A stretch of 31,644 nucleotides of DNA from Octopus sinensis (lineage: Eukaryota), in assembly GCF_006345805.1 (NCBI RefSeq), contig NW_021832191.1, positions 1 through 31,644 on the forward strand. The letters are read 5' to 3'. The notes under the pieces are model-generated. The model saw nothing but the letters and a program-made list of their open reading frames with translations, searched no databases and was not told the DNA's origin. Made by a program: the position numbers and the translations under genes. Shown here in pieces: positions 1-10,598 of the stretch. How positions within the stretch are numbered: the stretch's first letter is position 1; every line of letters begins with the position of its first letter.

Positions 1-40
1 GAAGCAGGCAAACGTCAGGGTTTCAACAGTTACAAACCAC

Positions 41-73
41 TATATATATACATATATATATACACACACACAT

Positions 74-124
<51 letters not shown>

Positions 125-222
125 TAGATAGGTAGGTAGGTAGGTAGGTAGGTAGGTAGGTAGATAGATAGATAGATATATAGATAGATAGATTGATAGA
201 TAGATAAGATAGATAGATAGAC

Positions 223-275
<53 letters not shown>

Positions 276-289
276 TAGATAGATAGATT

Positions 290-378
<89 letters not shown>

Positions 379-427
379 TGATAGATAGATAGATAGATAG
401 ATAGATTGATAGATAGATAGATAGATT

Positions 428-493
<66 letters not shown>

Positions 494-527
494 CAGATGG
501 ATAGTTAGCTAGCTGAGTAGATAGATA
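41..527. repeat. Compound microsatellite (TA)n-(TAGG)n-(GATA)n
   Basis: Directly visible tandem TA, then TAGG, then about 340 bp of GATA with rare GACA/GATT variants. Confidence 0.97.
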
Positions 528-661
528 TGTAGCACAAGTATCAACCTATAAATATACATTATTGATAAACACTCTGCCATTTCATCTTGTCCCACCACCT
601 CACCTGTCTTTTATTATGGCTGTTAACACATACATGGAATACATTATCTTGTATGTAAATA

Positions 662-1727
662 TTGACATTTGGTTATTGGTGGTGGTGGGGATGGTGGGGT
701 GGTGATGGGGATGGTGGAGGTGGTGATGGGGATGGTGGAGGTGGTGATGGGGATGGTGGAGGTGGTGATGGTGATGGTGGAGGTGGTGGTGGTGGTGGAG
801 GTGGGGATGGTGATGGGACGGTGGTGGTGGGGATGGTGGAGGTGGTGATGGGGATGGTGGAGGTGGTGATGGGGATGGTGGAGGTGGTGATGGGGATGGT
901 GGAGGTGGTGATGGTGATGGTGGAGGTGGTGGTGGTGGTGGTGGTGGAAGGGGGGATGGTGATGGGACGGTGGTGGTGGGGATGGTGGAGGTGATGGTGA
1001 TGGTGGTGGAGGTGGAGGTGGTGATGGTGATGGTGGAGGTGGTGATGGTGGAGGTGGTGATGGTGGAGGTGGTGGTGGGGATGGTGGTGGAGGTGGAGGT
1101 GGTGATGGTGATGGTGGAGGTGGTGATGATGGAGGTGGTGATGGTGGAGGTAGTGGAGGTGGTGATGGTGGTGGTGGTGATGGTGGTGATGGGGATGGTG
1201 GTGGTGGTGGGGATGGTGCTGGCGGTTGGGGTGGTGGTTGTCCTGTTGAGGGCGGTGGTAGCAGTTTTGGTGGAGGTAATGATGGTGGTAGTAATGGTAG
1301 TAGCAGTAGTGGAGGCAGTAGAAATGGTGGTGTTGATGGTATGGTAAAAGTAATAGTGGTGGTGATGGTGGTGGTGGTAGTAGTAGTAGTAGTAGTGGTA
1401 AAATAGTGGTGGTGATGATGGTGGTAGTAGTTGTAGTAGTGGTGGCGGTGGTACTACCGGTTGTGATGGTGGAGGTGGTGATGATGGTAGCACTGATGGT
1501 GGTGGTAGTGGTGAAGGTAGTTGTAGTAATGGTGGTAGTAATAGCAGTGGTGGTGGTAGCGGTGGTGGCAACAATGGTGGTGGTTGTCTTTGATGAAAGT
1601 GGTAGTGACTGTGTGGTGGAGGTGATGAAACTGGTGATGGAGTGATGAACCTCTTGGTAGTGGTAGGATCGACTCTGGTGGTTGTGGTAGTGGTGTTGTT
1701 GTTGTTGTTGTTGTTGTTGTTATAGTG
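662..1727. repeat. G-rich low-complexity GGT/GAT/GTA array including a 21-bp unit GGTGGTGATGGGGATGGTGGA
   Basis: Repeated 21-mers at about 700-900, grading into mixed GGT/GTA/GTT triplets; the ORFs over it are homopolymeric runs. Confidence 0.92.
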
Positions 1728-1942
1728 GTGGTGCCATTTGTTATACAACAATGCTTTGTATTTTTGATGTTTTCATTGTTTATGATGATCTTGTTGTTGT
1801 TGTTGTTGTTGGCGGTGGTGTTGCTTTGGAAATGCATATTTTTCTGCAACTTGATGTGCAGCAGTTGTTGATGAAAAAAATATGCATTAATTTGGGAAAG
1901 GAGCTTTTGAGCGGTGCAAGGCATCAATTCCAGGCATCAGCA

Positions 1943-2418
1943 CCACCTCCCCCACCAGCACATTCCATCACCACAACCACCACCGACGACAACAACAACA
2001 ACAACCATCACCACCACCACTACTACTACAACCAATGCCAACTCAACTACTATTACCATGACAATCATCACCAACATATTACCATTACTACTACTACTAC
2101 TACTGCTACTGCTGCTGCTGCTGCTGCTACTACTAAGATGACCACCACCACAATTGTTACTACATTTACTACTACTACTACAACCACTACTACTACCACC
2201 ACCATCAACTCCACAACCACCAACATCACCACCATCACTACTACTACTACCACCTCCACCATCAGAACATTCCATCACCACAACCACCACCAACGACAAC
2301 ATCAACAACCACTAGCACCACCTCCACCACCACTACAATGATCACCACCACCACTACTACTGCTACTACCACCACCACCACCACCACTAACACTGCTACT
2401 GAGACCATCACTACCACC
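1943..2418. repeat. C-rich low-complexity CAC/TAC/AAC array
   Basis: Mixed triplet repeats, opposite-strand analogue of 662-1727. Confidence 0.9.
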
Positions 2419-2697
2419 AAAACAACAACAGATCTATAAGAAAATGTTGTAAAGCGCCCTTGTTAAGAAGACAACCAATATGTTATGGCTGAGACATTTT
2501 AGAAACAGTAGCTAAGTCCCCTCAAATCAGAGCTTATGTCTCAAAATTAAACCCTACTGTCCATAGAGAGAATGCGACTATAGAGAAGGAGTGAAAGAGA
2601 TGGGAGAGAGAGAGACTGTGTGTGAGAGACATAAAGAGGGTTAGAAGTAGAGATTGTGTGTGAAAGAAAGATATATATATATATATAGAGAGAGAAA

Positions 2698-2890
2698 GGT
2701 GCAGGAGTGGCTGTGTGGTAAGTAACTTGATTACCAACCACATGGTTCCGGGTTCAGTCCCACTGCATGGCACCTTGAGTAAGTATCTTCTACTATAGCC
2801 TCGGGCCGACCGAAGCTCTGTGAGTGGATTTGGTAGACGGAAACTGAAAGAAGCCCATCGTATATATGTATATATGTGTGTTTGTGTGTC
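2698..2890 (+). mobile_element. tRNA-derived SINE family A, 5' half
   Basis: GCAGGAGTGGCTGTGTGGTAAG (A-box-like) ... GGTTCAGTCCC (B-box-like) ... GGAAACTGAAAGAAGCCC; same text recurs at 3233, 20433, 24850, 28984. Confidence 0.9.
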
Positions 2891-2913
2891 ACCTCGCTAA
2901 GATATTTCAATTA

Positions 2914-2980
2914 ACCTGAAGATTGACTGTAACCATAACTCGAATTATTACGAATTGTACAGCCATGAAATGATCATAGT
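2914..2980 (+). ncRNA. Degenerate minimal hammerhead-ribozyme-like motif
   Basis: CTGAAGA 2916-2922; stem II TTGACTGTA (2923-31)/TACAGCCAT (2958-66), 7 of 9 pairs; GAAA 2967-70; perfect palindrome ATGATCAT 2970-77 as stem III; stem I only 2 bp. Confidence 0.5.
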
Positions 2981-3000
2981 GTTTTACTCTTTATCTTTTA

Positions 3001-3117
3001 TTAAACTTTTAATACTTTTGATATATATTTAAAATAATATAAATTAATTAATTTTATGTATTGGCTTATGTTTTTCACTGTTTGATTTGCCTTATAGTGG
3101 TTTTATCTCTAATTTAA
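3001..3117 (+). repeat. AT-rich dispersed repeat, second copy at 27693-27907
   Basis: Shared TTAAACTTTT..AATACTTTT.GATA and TTATGTTTTTCACTGTTTGATTTGCC.TATAGTGGTTTTATCTCTAATTTAAT. Confidence 0.8.
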
Positions 3118-3232
3118 TATAATATAATATAATATATTTATACTATAAAATTGGATTTAATCCTAAATCTGATTTTTCCCTGTAAGTTTGGATTTATTCC
3201 CTAATATTTTATTATATATTATATATATATAC

Positions 3233-3456
3233 AGGCACAGGAGCGGCTGTGTGGTAACTGGCTTGCTTATCAACCACATGGTTTTGGGTTCAGTCCCACT
3301 ATGTGGCACCTTGGGTAAGTGTCTTCTATTATAGCCTCGGGCCAACCAAAGCCTTGTGAGTGGATCTGGTAGATGGAAACTGAAAGAAGCCCATCATATA
3401 TATATATGTATATGTGTGTGTGTGTCTGGGTTTGTCCCCCCCCCCACACCATTGCT
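3233..3456 (+). mobile_element. SINE family A, 5' half
   Basis: Matches the other family A copies in the window. Confidence 0.88.
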
Positions 3457-3572
3457 TTGCATCCTTTTAGGGCCGATAAATTAAGTATCAGTTATGTACT
3501 GTACTGGGGACAGTCTAATTGACTGGCCCCCCTCCCCCCAAATTTCAGGCCTTGTGCCTAGAGCAAAAAAGA
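3456..3572 (+). mobile_element. SINE family B, 3' part
   Basis: CATCCTTTTAGGGCCGATAAATTAAGTATCAG...AAATTTCAGGCCTTGTGCC matches copies at 7.7, 17.0 and 18.2 kb. Confidence 0.8.
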
Positions 3573-4024
3573 ATATCTTTCTCCCTCTCCCTTCCTCCCT
3601 GTATATCTTTCTCACTCACTCACACTTTACTTTTACCCCGTCTTCTCTCTCACTCAACTCCCCCCACCTATATATCTTTCTCTCTCACACTTGATATCTC
3701 TCTCTACCATCTCTGTCACTCTAACTTACTCTCTCACTCAGTCTACTTCTTCCTCTCTCTTTGTTAGATATGACTTCTCTATCTTTTTCACACAATACCT
3801 CTCCCTCTCAGCTCTCTCTCTTTCACTCACACTTAACTTGTATGCCTCTCTTCTAGCAGGACCCATGAATATTTCACGGAATTAAGGCTAAACCTATTAG
3901 GCTATTTCTGAAAACTTTATCCCCAAAAAACCTGAAATCATAGCCTGTGTCGTGTCTGTAAGGAAAGATAATCACTCATCTGCGGCTCATTGAAAAGGGA
4001 AAGAAATTGGAACACAATGATTAC

Positions 4025-4224
4025 TTAATGCACTTTATACTCTTTTACTTGTTTCAGTCATTTGACTGTGGCCATGCTGGAGCACCGCCTTTTAGTCAAG
4101 CACATCGACCCCAGGACTTATTCTTTGTAAGCCTAGTACTTATTCTATTGGTCTATTTTGCTGAACTGCTAAATTATGGGGATGTAAACACAGACACACA
4201 AATATATACACACACATACATACA

Positions 4225-4260
<36 letters not shown>

Positions 4261-4305
4261 TATGCATATATACGATGGGCTTCTTTCAGTTTCTGTCTAT
4301 CAAAT
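4025..4305 (-). mobile_element. SINE family A, 3' half
   Basis: Reverse complement of the ...CCAGCATGGCCACAGTCAAATGACTGAAACAAGTAAAAGAGTA end. Confidence 0.88.
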
Positions 4306-4414
4306 CAGCCAAAATTGTGAGGATGATCCGGTTCTTGAGTGAAGATTAAAGGTTTCAAATGACCCGTCCGTGTTTTTTGTATCGTCTATCTAGATGTTTT
4401 GCATTCTCATTTTG
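4303..4414 (+). repeat. Fragment of unclassified repeat, homologous to 21641-21760
   Basis: AATCAGCC.AAATTG..A.GATGATC.GGTTCTTGA.TGA.GA.T.A.GG.TTC.AATG.CCCGTCC shared. Confidence 0.7.
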
Positions 4415-4437
4415 TATATATATATATATATATATAT

Positions 4438-4979
4438 ATTAATCAATATAAGGGTAGTAAAAAATTCAATAGAAAATTTTTCGCCACCAGCGGTCTAGTG
4501 AGAAAGAAAAAATAGTCAACAGACTATATAATGTACATTCAACAATAATATTAAGGAATGGCCTTAATAGGCTATTCAACTCACTAAAACGAACAGCTAA
4601 ACTCAAACCGCTAAATAGTAGTAATTCAGAAATCAAAGGAAAATTAAAAACATTTACCCTAATCATCTTTGGACTATGCATAGTTTCGACATACTTTTTG
4701 GTAGACCAGCCTAATTAAATTAAATTAAATTTAATCAAGACAATTCACCACTGGCCCGTCTCATCGGCAAAGAAGCCAGGAGGAATAAATATTCCACGAG
4801 GCAACAGCATCGATGCCTTGGGAATATATACACTAAATTTTCAAAATCTACCGTCATCGCGCCAACTTATCAGCAGCAAATATAAACTGCTGATCTAATT
4901 TCAGAATTAGCCAAAAAATCATTAATTAATCAATATAAGAGTAGTAAAAAATTCAATAGAAATTTTTTCACCACCAGCG
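4438..4979 (+). repeat. Segment bounded by a 55-bp direct repeat (4438-4492 and 4925-4979)
   Basis: ATTAATCAATATAAG(G/A)GTAGTAAAAAATTCAATAGAAA(A/T)TTTTTC(G/A)CCACCAGCG twice, 487 bp apart. Confidence 0.85.
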
Positions 4980-4987
4980 ATACAATC

Positions 4988-5430
4988 TTTAACTAAAGAT
5001 TGTATCATATGTACAGAATATTTTTTTTATTGGGGGAAAATGGAAAAATGAGAGTGAATATTTAATTTATGAGTAATGTGTATTAAGTCTATAAAATTAT
5101 GCATAAAGTATATTAAGAGTATATGTGTGGTAAGTAGCTTGGTTCTTAGTTCAGTCCTACTGTGTGGAACCCTGGGCAAGTGTCTTCTACTATAGCCTCA
5201 GGCCAATCAAAGCCTTGTGAGGCTATAGTAGAAGACACTTGCCCAGGGTGCCACACAGTAGGACTGAACCCAGAACCAAGCTACTTACCACACATATACT
5301 CTTAATATACTTTATGCATAATTTTATAGACTTAATACACAGCACTCATAAATTAAATATTAACTCTCATTTTTCCATTTTCCCCCAATAAAAAATATAT
5401 CCTGTACATATGATACAATCTTTAGTTAAA
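4988..5430. repeat. Inverted duplication, arms 4988-5200 and 5218-5430, containing the 5' part of a family A SINE
   Basis: About 213-bp arms with about 8 mismatches counted by eye; 17-nt loop. Confidence 0.93.
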
Positions 5431-6250
5431 TTTCATATGTCTGCCATATAATTAAGTGTGAATATTTCACAGAATTACACTTATACTTAATTGATAGGTA
5501 ATATAAAAACAGTTCAATTAACAAAAATGCACTTTTCACTATCCAACCACCACCACCATGTAGTGTTGGTGGTAGTGGTGGTGGTGGTATTAGTAGAAGT
5601 GGTAATGGATGTGGTGATGGTGTTGGTTGTGACCATGTTGTAATAGTAGTGGTGGTGGGAGCAATGGCATTGGTGGTAGTAATGGTGTTGGTGGTTGTGG
5701 CTGTGACAATGTTATTTGTGGTGGTAGTGATGGTCATATCTGTAGTGGTGGGGGGTGGGGGGTGGGTCTTGGCAGTTATGATGTTTTGTTTATGTTTTTT
5801 AAGATCTAAAAATTGAAACATGCCACAGATGTTTGCATGGAAAAAGGGATATAAAAACGCTGTAAAGGGTAGAGGGGAAGGGAAAAAATAGGGTACAAAA
5901 AAAGGGGATTGGCCATAACACACAGCAAAAATAATCCCCTATCCTTTAAAACATGAAATAAAGATGTAGGTGAGCCTAAAATTAGAGAAAAGATGAAAAA
6001 GATACATTTTCTGTATTTACTGCAGGATCACATGGAGATAATCCTCTTGGTGGATTGTGAGTTAAGGGATTATCATAGCATGTGGCCACCCAGCATGTTG
6101 GAAATAACAGTTAAATCGTGATTCCTCGATTTGCACCTGATAATCTTAAGTGAAAGATTTGTTATTGATTATATCCCAAGATATCCTTATACTCCATTAA
6201 ATGGAGTGGTCATCGTTGGAGTATCTTTAGTCAAGATTGATATGAATGTA

Positions 6251-6466
6251 AATATTTCTTTACTGCCCACAAGGGGCTAAACATAGAGGGAACAAACAAG
6301 GACAAACACAAAGGATTTAAGTCGATTACATCGACCCCAGTGAGAAACTGGTACTTTATTTATCGACCCCGAAAGGATGAAAGGCAAAGTCAACCTTGGT
6401 GGAATTTGAACTCAGAACGTAAAGACGGACGAAATACCGCTAACGTTTCTGCCAGCTCGCCACCTT
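6251..6466 (-). mobile_element. SINE family B with target-site duplication
   Basis: Reverse complement of the family B body; TTGATATGAATGTA flanks it at 6237-6250 and 6465-6478. Confidence 0.9.
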
Positions 6467-6479
6467 GATATGAATGTAT

Positions 6480-6750
6480 ACTTCCCAGCCACATGGTTCT
6501 GGGTTCAGTCCCACTATGGGGCACCTTGGGTAAGTATCTTCTAACATAGCCTCAAGTTATGGTGAGTGGATTTGCGAGATGGAAACTGAAAGAAGCTTGT
6601 CATATATGTGTATGTGTGTTTGTCCCCCCCACCATCGCTTGACAATCAATGTTGGTGTGTTTATATCCCTGTAACTTAGGAAAAGAGACTGATAGAATAA
6701 GTACTAGGCTTACAAAGAAAAAGTCCTGGGGTTGATTTGCACGACAAATC
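6480..6750 (+). mobile_element. SINE family A, truncated
   Basis: CCACATGGTTCTGGGTTCAGTCCCA ... GATAGAATAAGTACTAGGCTTACAAAG. Confidence 0.85.
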
Positions 6751-6758
6751 ACACACAC

Positions 6759-7622
6759 ATCATCATCATTGTTTGACCATGGTCGAGACAATGGAATTTA
6801 CCATGCTACGCCAGACTTCATGGTCCATCATGGCATTACGGAGGTCCTGTTGCTGGATGCCTGTATCCCTGGAGATTACATCAGGGTAGGAGAGTGTGCG
6901 CCCTCTGGTATCACAAGCAGATGGCTTCCAGAGGAGAAGAGTAGAAATTACCTCTTTTCAGCTCTACAACAATGTCCAGCAAACTGGACTCTCCTACCTT
7001 TCACAAGAGATGACACAGGTGGTAGTTTCCCATATATTTGCATTTTGGTTGGATGACACTTCTACGAGAGATTTTGAGCTCTCATAAGGAGGCAAGTGTA
7101 AGTTCCATCCAACCGCCTCTCATACTCCTTTGAAAACGTCAAGGTTTCTGAGCCATATAGTAGAATTGGTTTGACTGTGGCTTTGAAGATTTCAAGTTTG
7201 AAGTCTCTACTTAGATTTGTTGACCAGATCTTATGTAATATTTTGTCTTCATCATCATTGTTCGACCGTGGTCGAGACAATGGAATTTACTATGTTACGC
7301 CAGACTTCATGGTCCATCATAGCATTACGGAGGTCCTATTGCTGGATGCCTGTATCCCTGGAGATTTCATCAGGGTAGGAGAGTGTGCGCCCTCTGGTAT
7401 CGCGAGCAGATGGCTTCCAGAGGAGAAGAGTAGAAATTACTTCTTTTTCAGCTCTACAACAATGTCCAGCAAACTGGACTCTCTTACCTTTCACAAGAGA
7501 TGACACAGGTGGTAGTTTCCCATATATTTGTACTTTGGTTGGATGACGCTTCCACGAGAGATTTTGAGCTCTCATAAGGAGGCAAGTGTAAGTTCCATCC
7601 AACTGCCTCTCAAGCTTCTTTG
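6759..7622 (-). mobile_element. Two tandem 3' ends of an RTE-like LINE (6759-7248 and 7249-7622)
   Basis: Translations KIWSTNLSRDFKLEIFKATVKPILLYGSET..ERRLDGTYT.LL and QFAGHCCRAEKEVISTLLLWKP resemble the post-RT region of RTE-clade ORFs; (GAT)n tails; 489-bp offset between copies. Confidence 0.85.
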
Positions 7623-7698
7623 TATCACACACACACACAAATGAAACAAGCCCACATATATGTAACTCACTGCCATTTGAATTCATTATTATTAATTA

Positions 7699-7888
7699 CA
7701 GAATCGTTAGCATGCTGGGGGAAATGCGTAGCAGTATTTTGTCTGTCGCTATGTTCCAAGTTTAAATTCCACAGAGGTTGACTTTACCTTTCATCCTTTC
7801 AGGGTTGATAAATTAAGTACCAGTAATACACTGCAGCCAATGTCCTCTCTCACAAAATTTCAGGCCTTGTGCCTTTAGTATAAAGGGT
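7699..7888 (+). mobile_element. SINE family B
   Basis: CAGAATCGTTAGCA...TTTCATCCTTTCAGGGTTGATAAATTAAGTACCAG, (TAT)n tail. Confidence 0.85.
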
Positions 7889-8094
7889 TATTATTATTAT
7901 CATTATTATTATTATTATTACTTTTTTTTCTTCTTTCAAATTTGCTTCCATTTCTTGCTGAGTGTCTTCCCGACTCCTAGGGCAAAGAAACTCATAGTAT
8001 ACATTGGTAGGCCATTAAACCAAACTCAATAGTTCGTTCATTTTTTTTTTTTTTTTTAAGTTAAATTAAAATACATGAGCAGCAACAGTTCTCA

Positions 8095-8142
<48 letters not shown>

Positions 8143-8143
<1 letters not shown>

Positions 8144-8698
8144 GAGTGAGAGAGCAGTGCATGCCATCAGAGTGACATTGGGGTAATATATACGAAGCCC
8201 AGTATACCCATCTTGACTACCCGTCTGATAAGGGTACACCAGGCAAATGCATCACAACCATATGTGCACGACATGGTGATCTCATATCAAGATAAACAGC
8301 GCATGACCTTGCAGGTGGGGCCCAGTTAGAATTTTCTTCTGGTCGCGTAACACATTCCACTCAAAAGGTCCCTGAATAAGGGTTGTTTAAGGATGTTGAG
8401 CGAACCACCCATGTTTCCAAATGTGAATTATTTAAACCCCAAAGAATTCCTCTCAACACATGGCTATGATGCTCCCCAACTACTTCTGCTCGTGATCAGA
8501 GATGCATATATCGTCAGCCACTTAGGGGCATGCTCAACTGGTTAAGGTCAAACAACTGACAAGCAAATCTGTGGTATTGAGCAGAATATTTGCTGTAGCC
8601 CATCTTTTATACCAAGACAAAACAATGTACATGATAACACTTCCAATCAGTTAAGATAAGAAGCCACGAGAGCCACTGCCTGGTACTTCATCAGGACA
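8143..8698. repeat. Unclassified approx. 550-bp complex insert flanked by (TAT)n on both sides
   Basis: GC-richer complex block with sharp microsatellite borders; single copy in this window, so repeat status is inferred. Confidence 0.45.
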
Positions 8699-8761
8699 TT
8701 TATTATTATTATTCTTCTTCTTCTTCTTATATTATTATTATTATCATCATCATCATCATTA

Positions 8762-8831
<70 letters not shown>

Positions 8832-9710
8832 CATTATTATTATTTGACCAGATGAAACATCCGGAATATAATTTCACAAACTCACGTCATTTGTTAAAAC
8901 CATTCCTACTGCCACCACCACCACCACCATCACCATCACCATCACCATCACCACAACAGCCAATATGTAGAATGGCACATTGCCCTCATCCCCCAATCTA
9001 ACCCCCACTCCCCCCATACACACTGTACTTGGAAAAACCATGCAGAAAACCACCAGAAGAATATCGGAGATCAGTGACAGACATCTGTTATTGTTGAAGG
9101 CATGTTGAGATTAGCGTTATAGACATTCATTTTGGTTCCGTTGCCAAACTGTCAATCATGAACAGGGTGTATGGATGGGTTTGGGGGGGAAGTGGAAGGT
9201 GGGGAGAGAAGGCAGTTGGCTGGCTGGTTGGTTGGCTGGTTGGTTGGAATCAAGAGATGGTTAATTGTGCGTGTGTGTGTGTGTGTGGTGTCAATGTAAA
9301 GAAATATCTAAATAGGTGGATGGAAAATTAGGTAGGTATATATGCATATATATAGACAGACAGATGGATAAGCAGATAGAAGATAGACAGGTAGATGGAT
9401 AGAGTGTTAGGGAGAGAGAGAGAGAGAGAGAGAGTGAGAGAGAGAGAGACAATAGATAGAGAGATACATAGATTGATAGATGAAAATATTGAGAGACAGG
9501 TTGGTGCATAATTATTGTGGTTTTTTTTCAATATATTTTATTCTACAAAAAATTTAAACAAAATGTCAAGCATTAATTGAAGTAGATGGTGAATATGCTC
9601 TGGAATAATCATTTAAAGGTGTTTTTGTTAAATGTTGCTATTGTTTTTGTTGGATAAAATTTATTGAAAAAAAAGCCAAAATAATTATTCACTAACCCAA
9701 TATATGTATA

Positions 9711-9753
<43 letters not shown>

Positions 9754-9933
9754 TATATATATAATATATATAATATATATAGGGAGAGAGAGAGAGAGAG
9801 AGAGAGGGTTAGAGAGAGATATAACAGATAGATAGATGGAAATATTTTGAGATAGATAGACAGATAGATAGCTAAAGATATAGTTACATTGGCATATATG
9901 TAAATAGGTAGATAGACAGATAGAAAGACTGAT

Positions 9934-10268
9934 GGGCAAGTGTCTTCTACTATAGCCTTGGGCCGACCAAAGCCTTATGAGTGGATTTGGTAGACGGAAA
10001 CTGAAAGAAGCCTGTCGTATATATATATATATATATATGTACGTGTATGTCTGTGTGTCTGTGTTTGTCCCCCTAGCATTGCTTGACAACTGATGCTGGT
10101 GTGTTTATGTCCCCGTCACTTAGCGGTTCGGCAAGAGAGACCGATAGAATAAGTACTGGGCTTACAAAAGAATAAGTCCCGGGGTTGAGTTGCTCGATTA
10201 AAGGCGGTGCTCCAGCATGGCCACAGTCAAATGACTGAAACAAGTAAAAGAGTAAAAGAGTAAAGAGT
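9934..10268 (+). mobile_element. SINE family A, 5'-truncated
   Basis: Body and full AAAGAGT-repeat 3' end match other copies. Confidence 0.9.
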
Positions 10269-10274
10269 ATATGT

Positions 10275-10333
<59 letters not shown>

Positions 10334-10470
10334 AAAATAGTAATGCAATACTATATATATATATATTGGTAGAATTGGTAAGACAACAAAAGAAAGAAAG
10401 AGACCTCGATATTATGTAAATGGAGGAATTTATCTGTAAATATAATATGTGACAATTATTCAGTAGCCAT

Positions 10471-10531
10471 GATAAAACTCCGAGCTTCGGATGCCGAGGT
10501 GGAAATCCACACCACCATCTCTTCAGTTATC
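10471..10531 (-). ncRNA. Minimal type-I hammerhead-ribozyme-like motif
   Basis: Minus strand: GATAA CTGAAGA GATG GTGG..CCAC..CATC C GAAG CTCGGAGT T TTATC; 5-bp stem I, stem II with one bulge, GAAA changed to GAAG. Confidence 0.65.
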
Positions 10532-10598
10532 CAGCCATTGGAAAAAATGCTATGAAAATGACCATTAAACAAAGAGAAATTACTGTTATTGACCATTA

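Noticed and set aside
600-2341. Long ORFs (383 aa, 196 aa and others) rich in P/T/H/V/G
   Set aside because: They are translations of triplet microsatellites open in several frames on both strands, with no domain or consistent frame.
3870-3955. Minus-strand splice acceptor with short open frame (HDTGYDFRFFGDKVF)
   Set aside because: No recognisable protein and no convincing frame-preserving donor; such signals arise by chance.
4735-4770. Minus-strand CCGATGA GAC...GTC
   Set aside because: Followed by TTGA rather than GAAA; no stem III.
8675-8698. Minus-strand CTGATGAAGTACC
   Set aside because: No matching stem II or GAAA at a suitable distance.
9070-9149. Minus-strand peptide FGNGTKMNV resembling an immunoglobulin FGxGT strand
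   Set aside because: 25 codons only, in-frame stop immediately upstream, no rest of the domain; likely chance.
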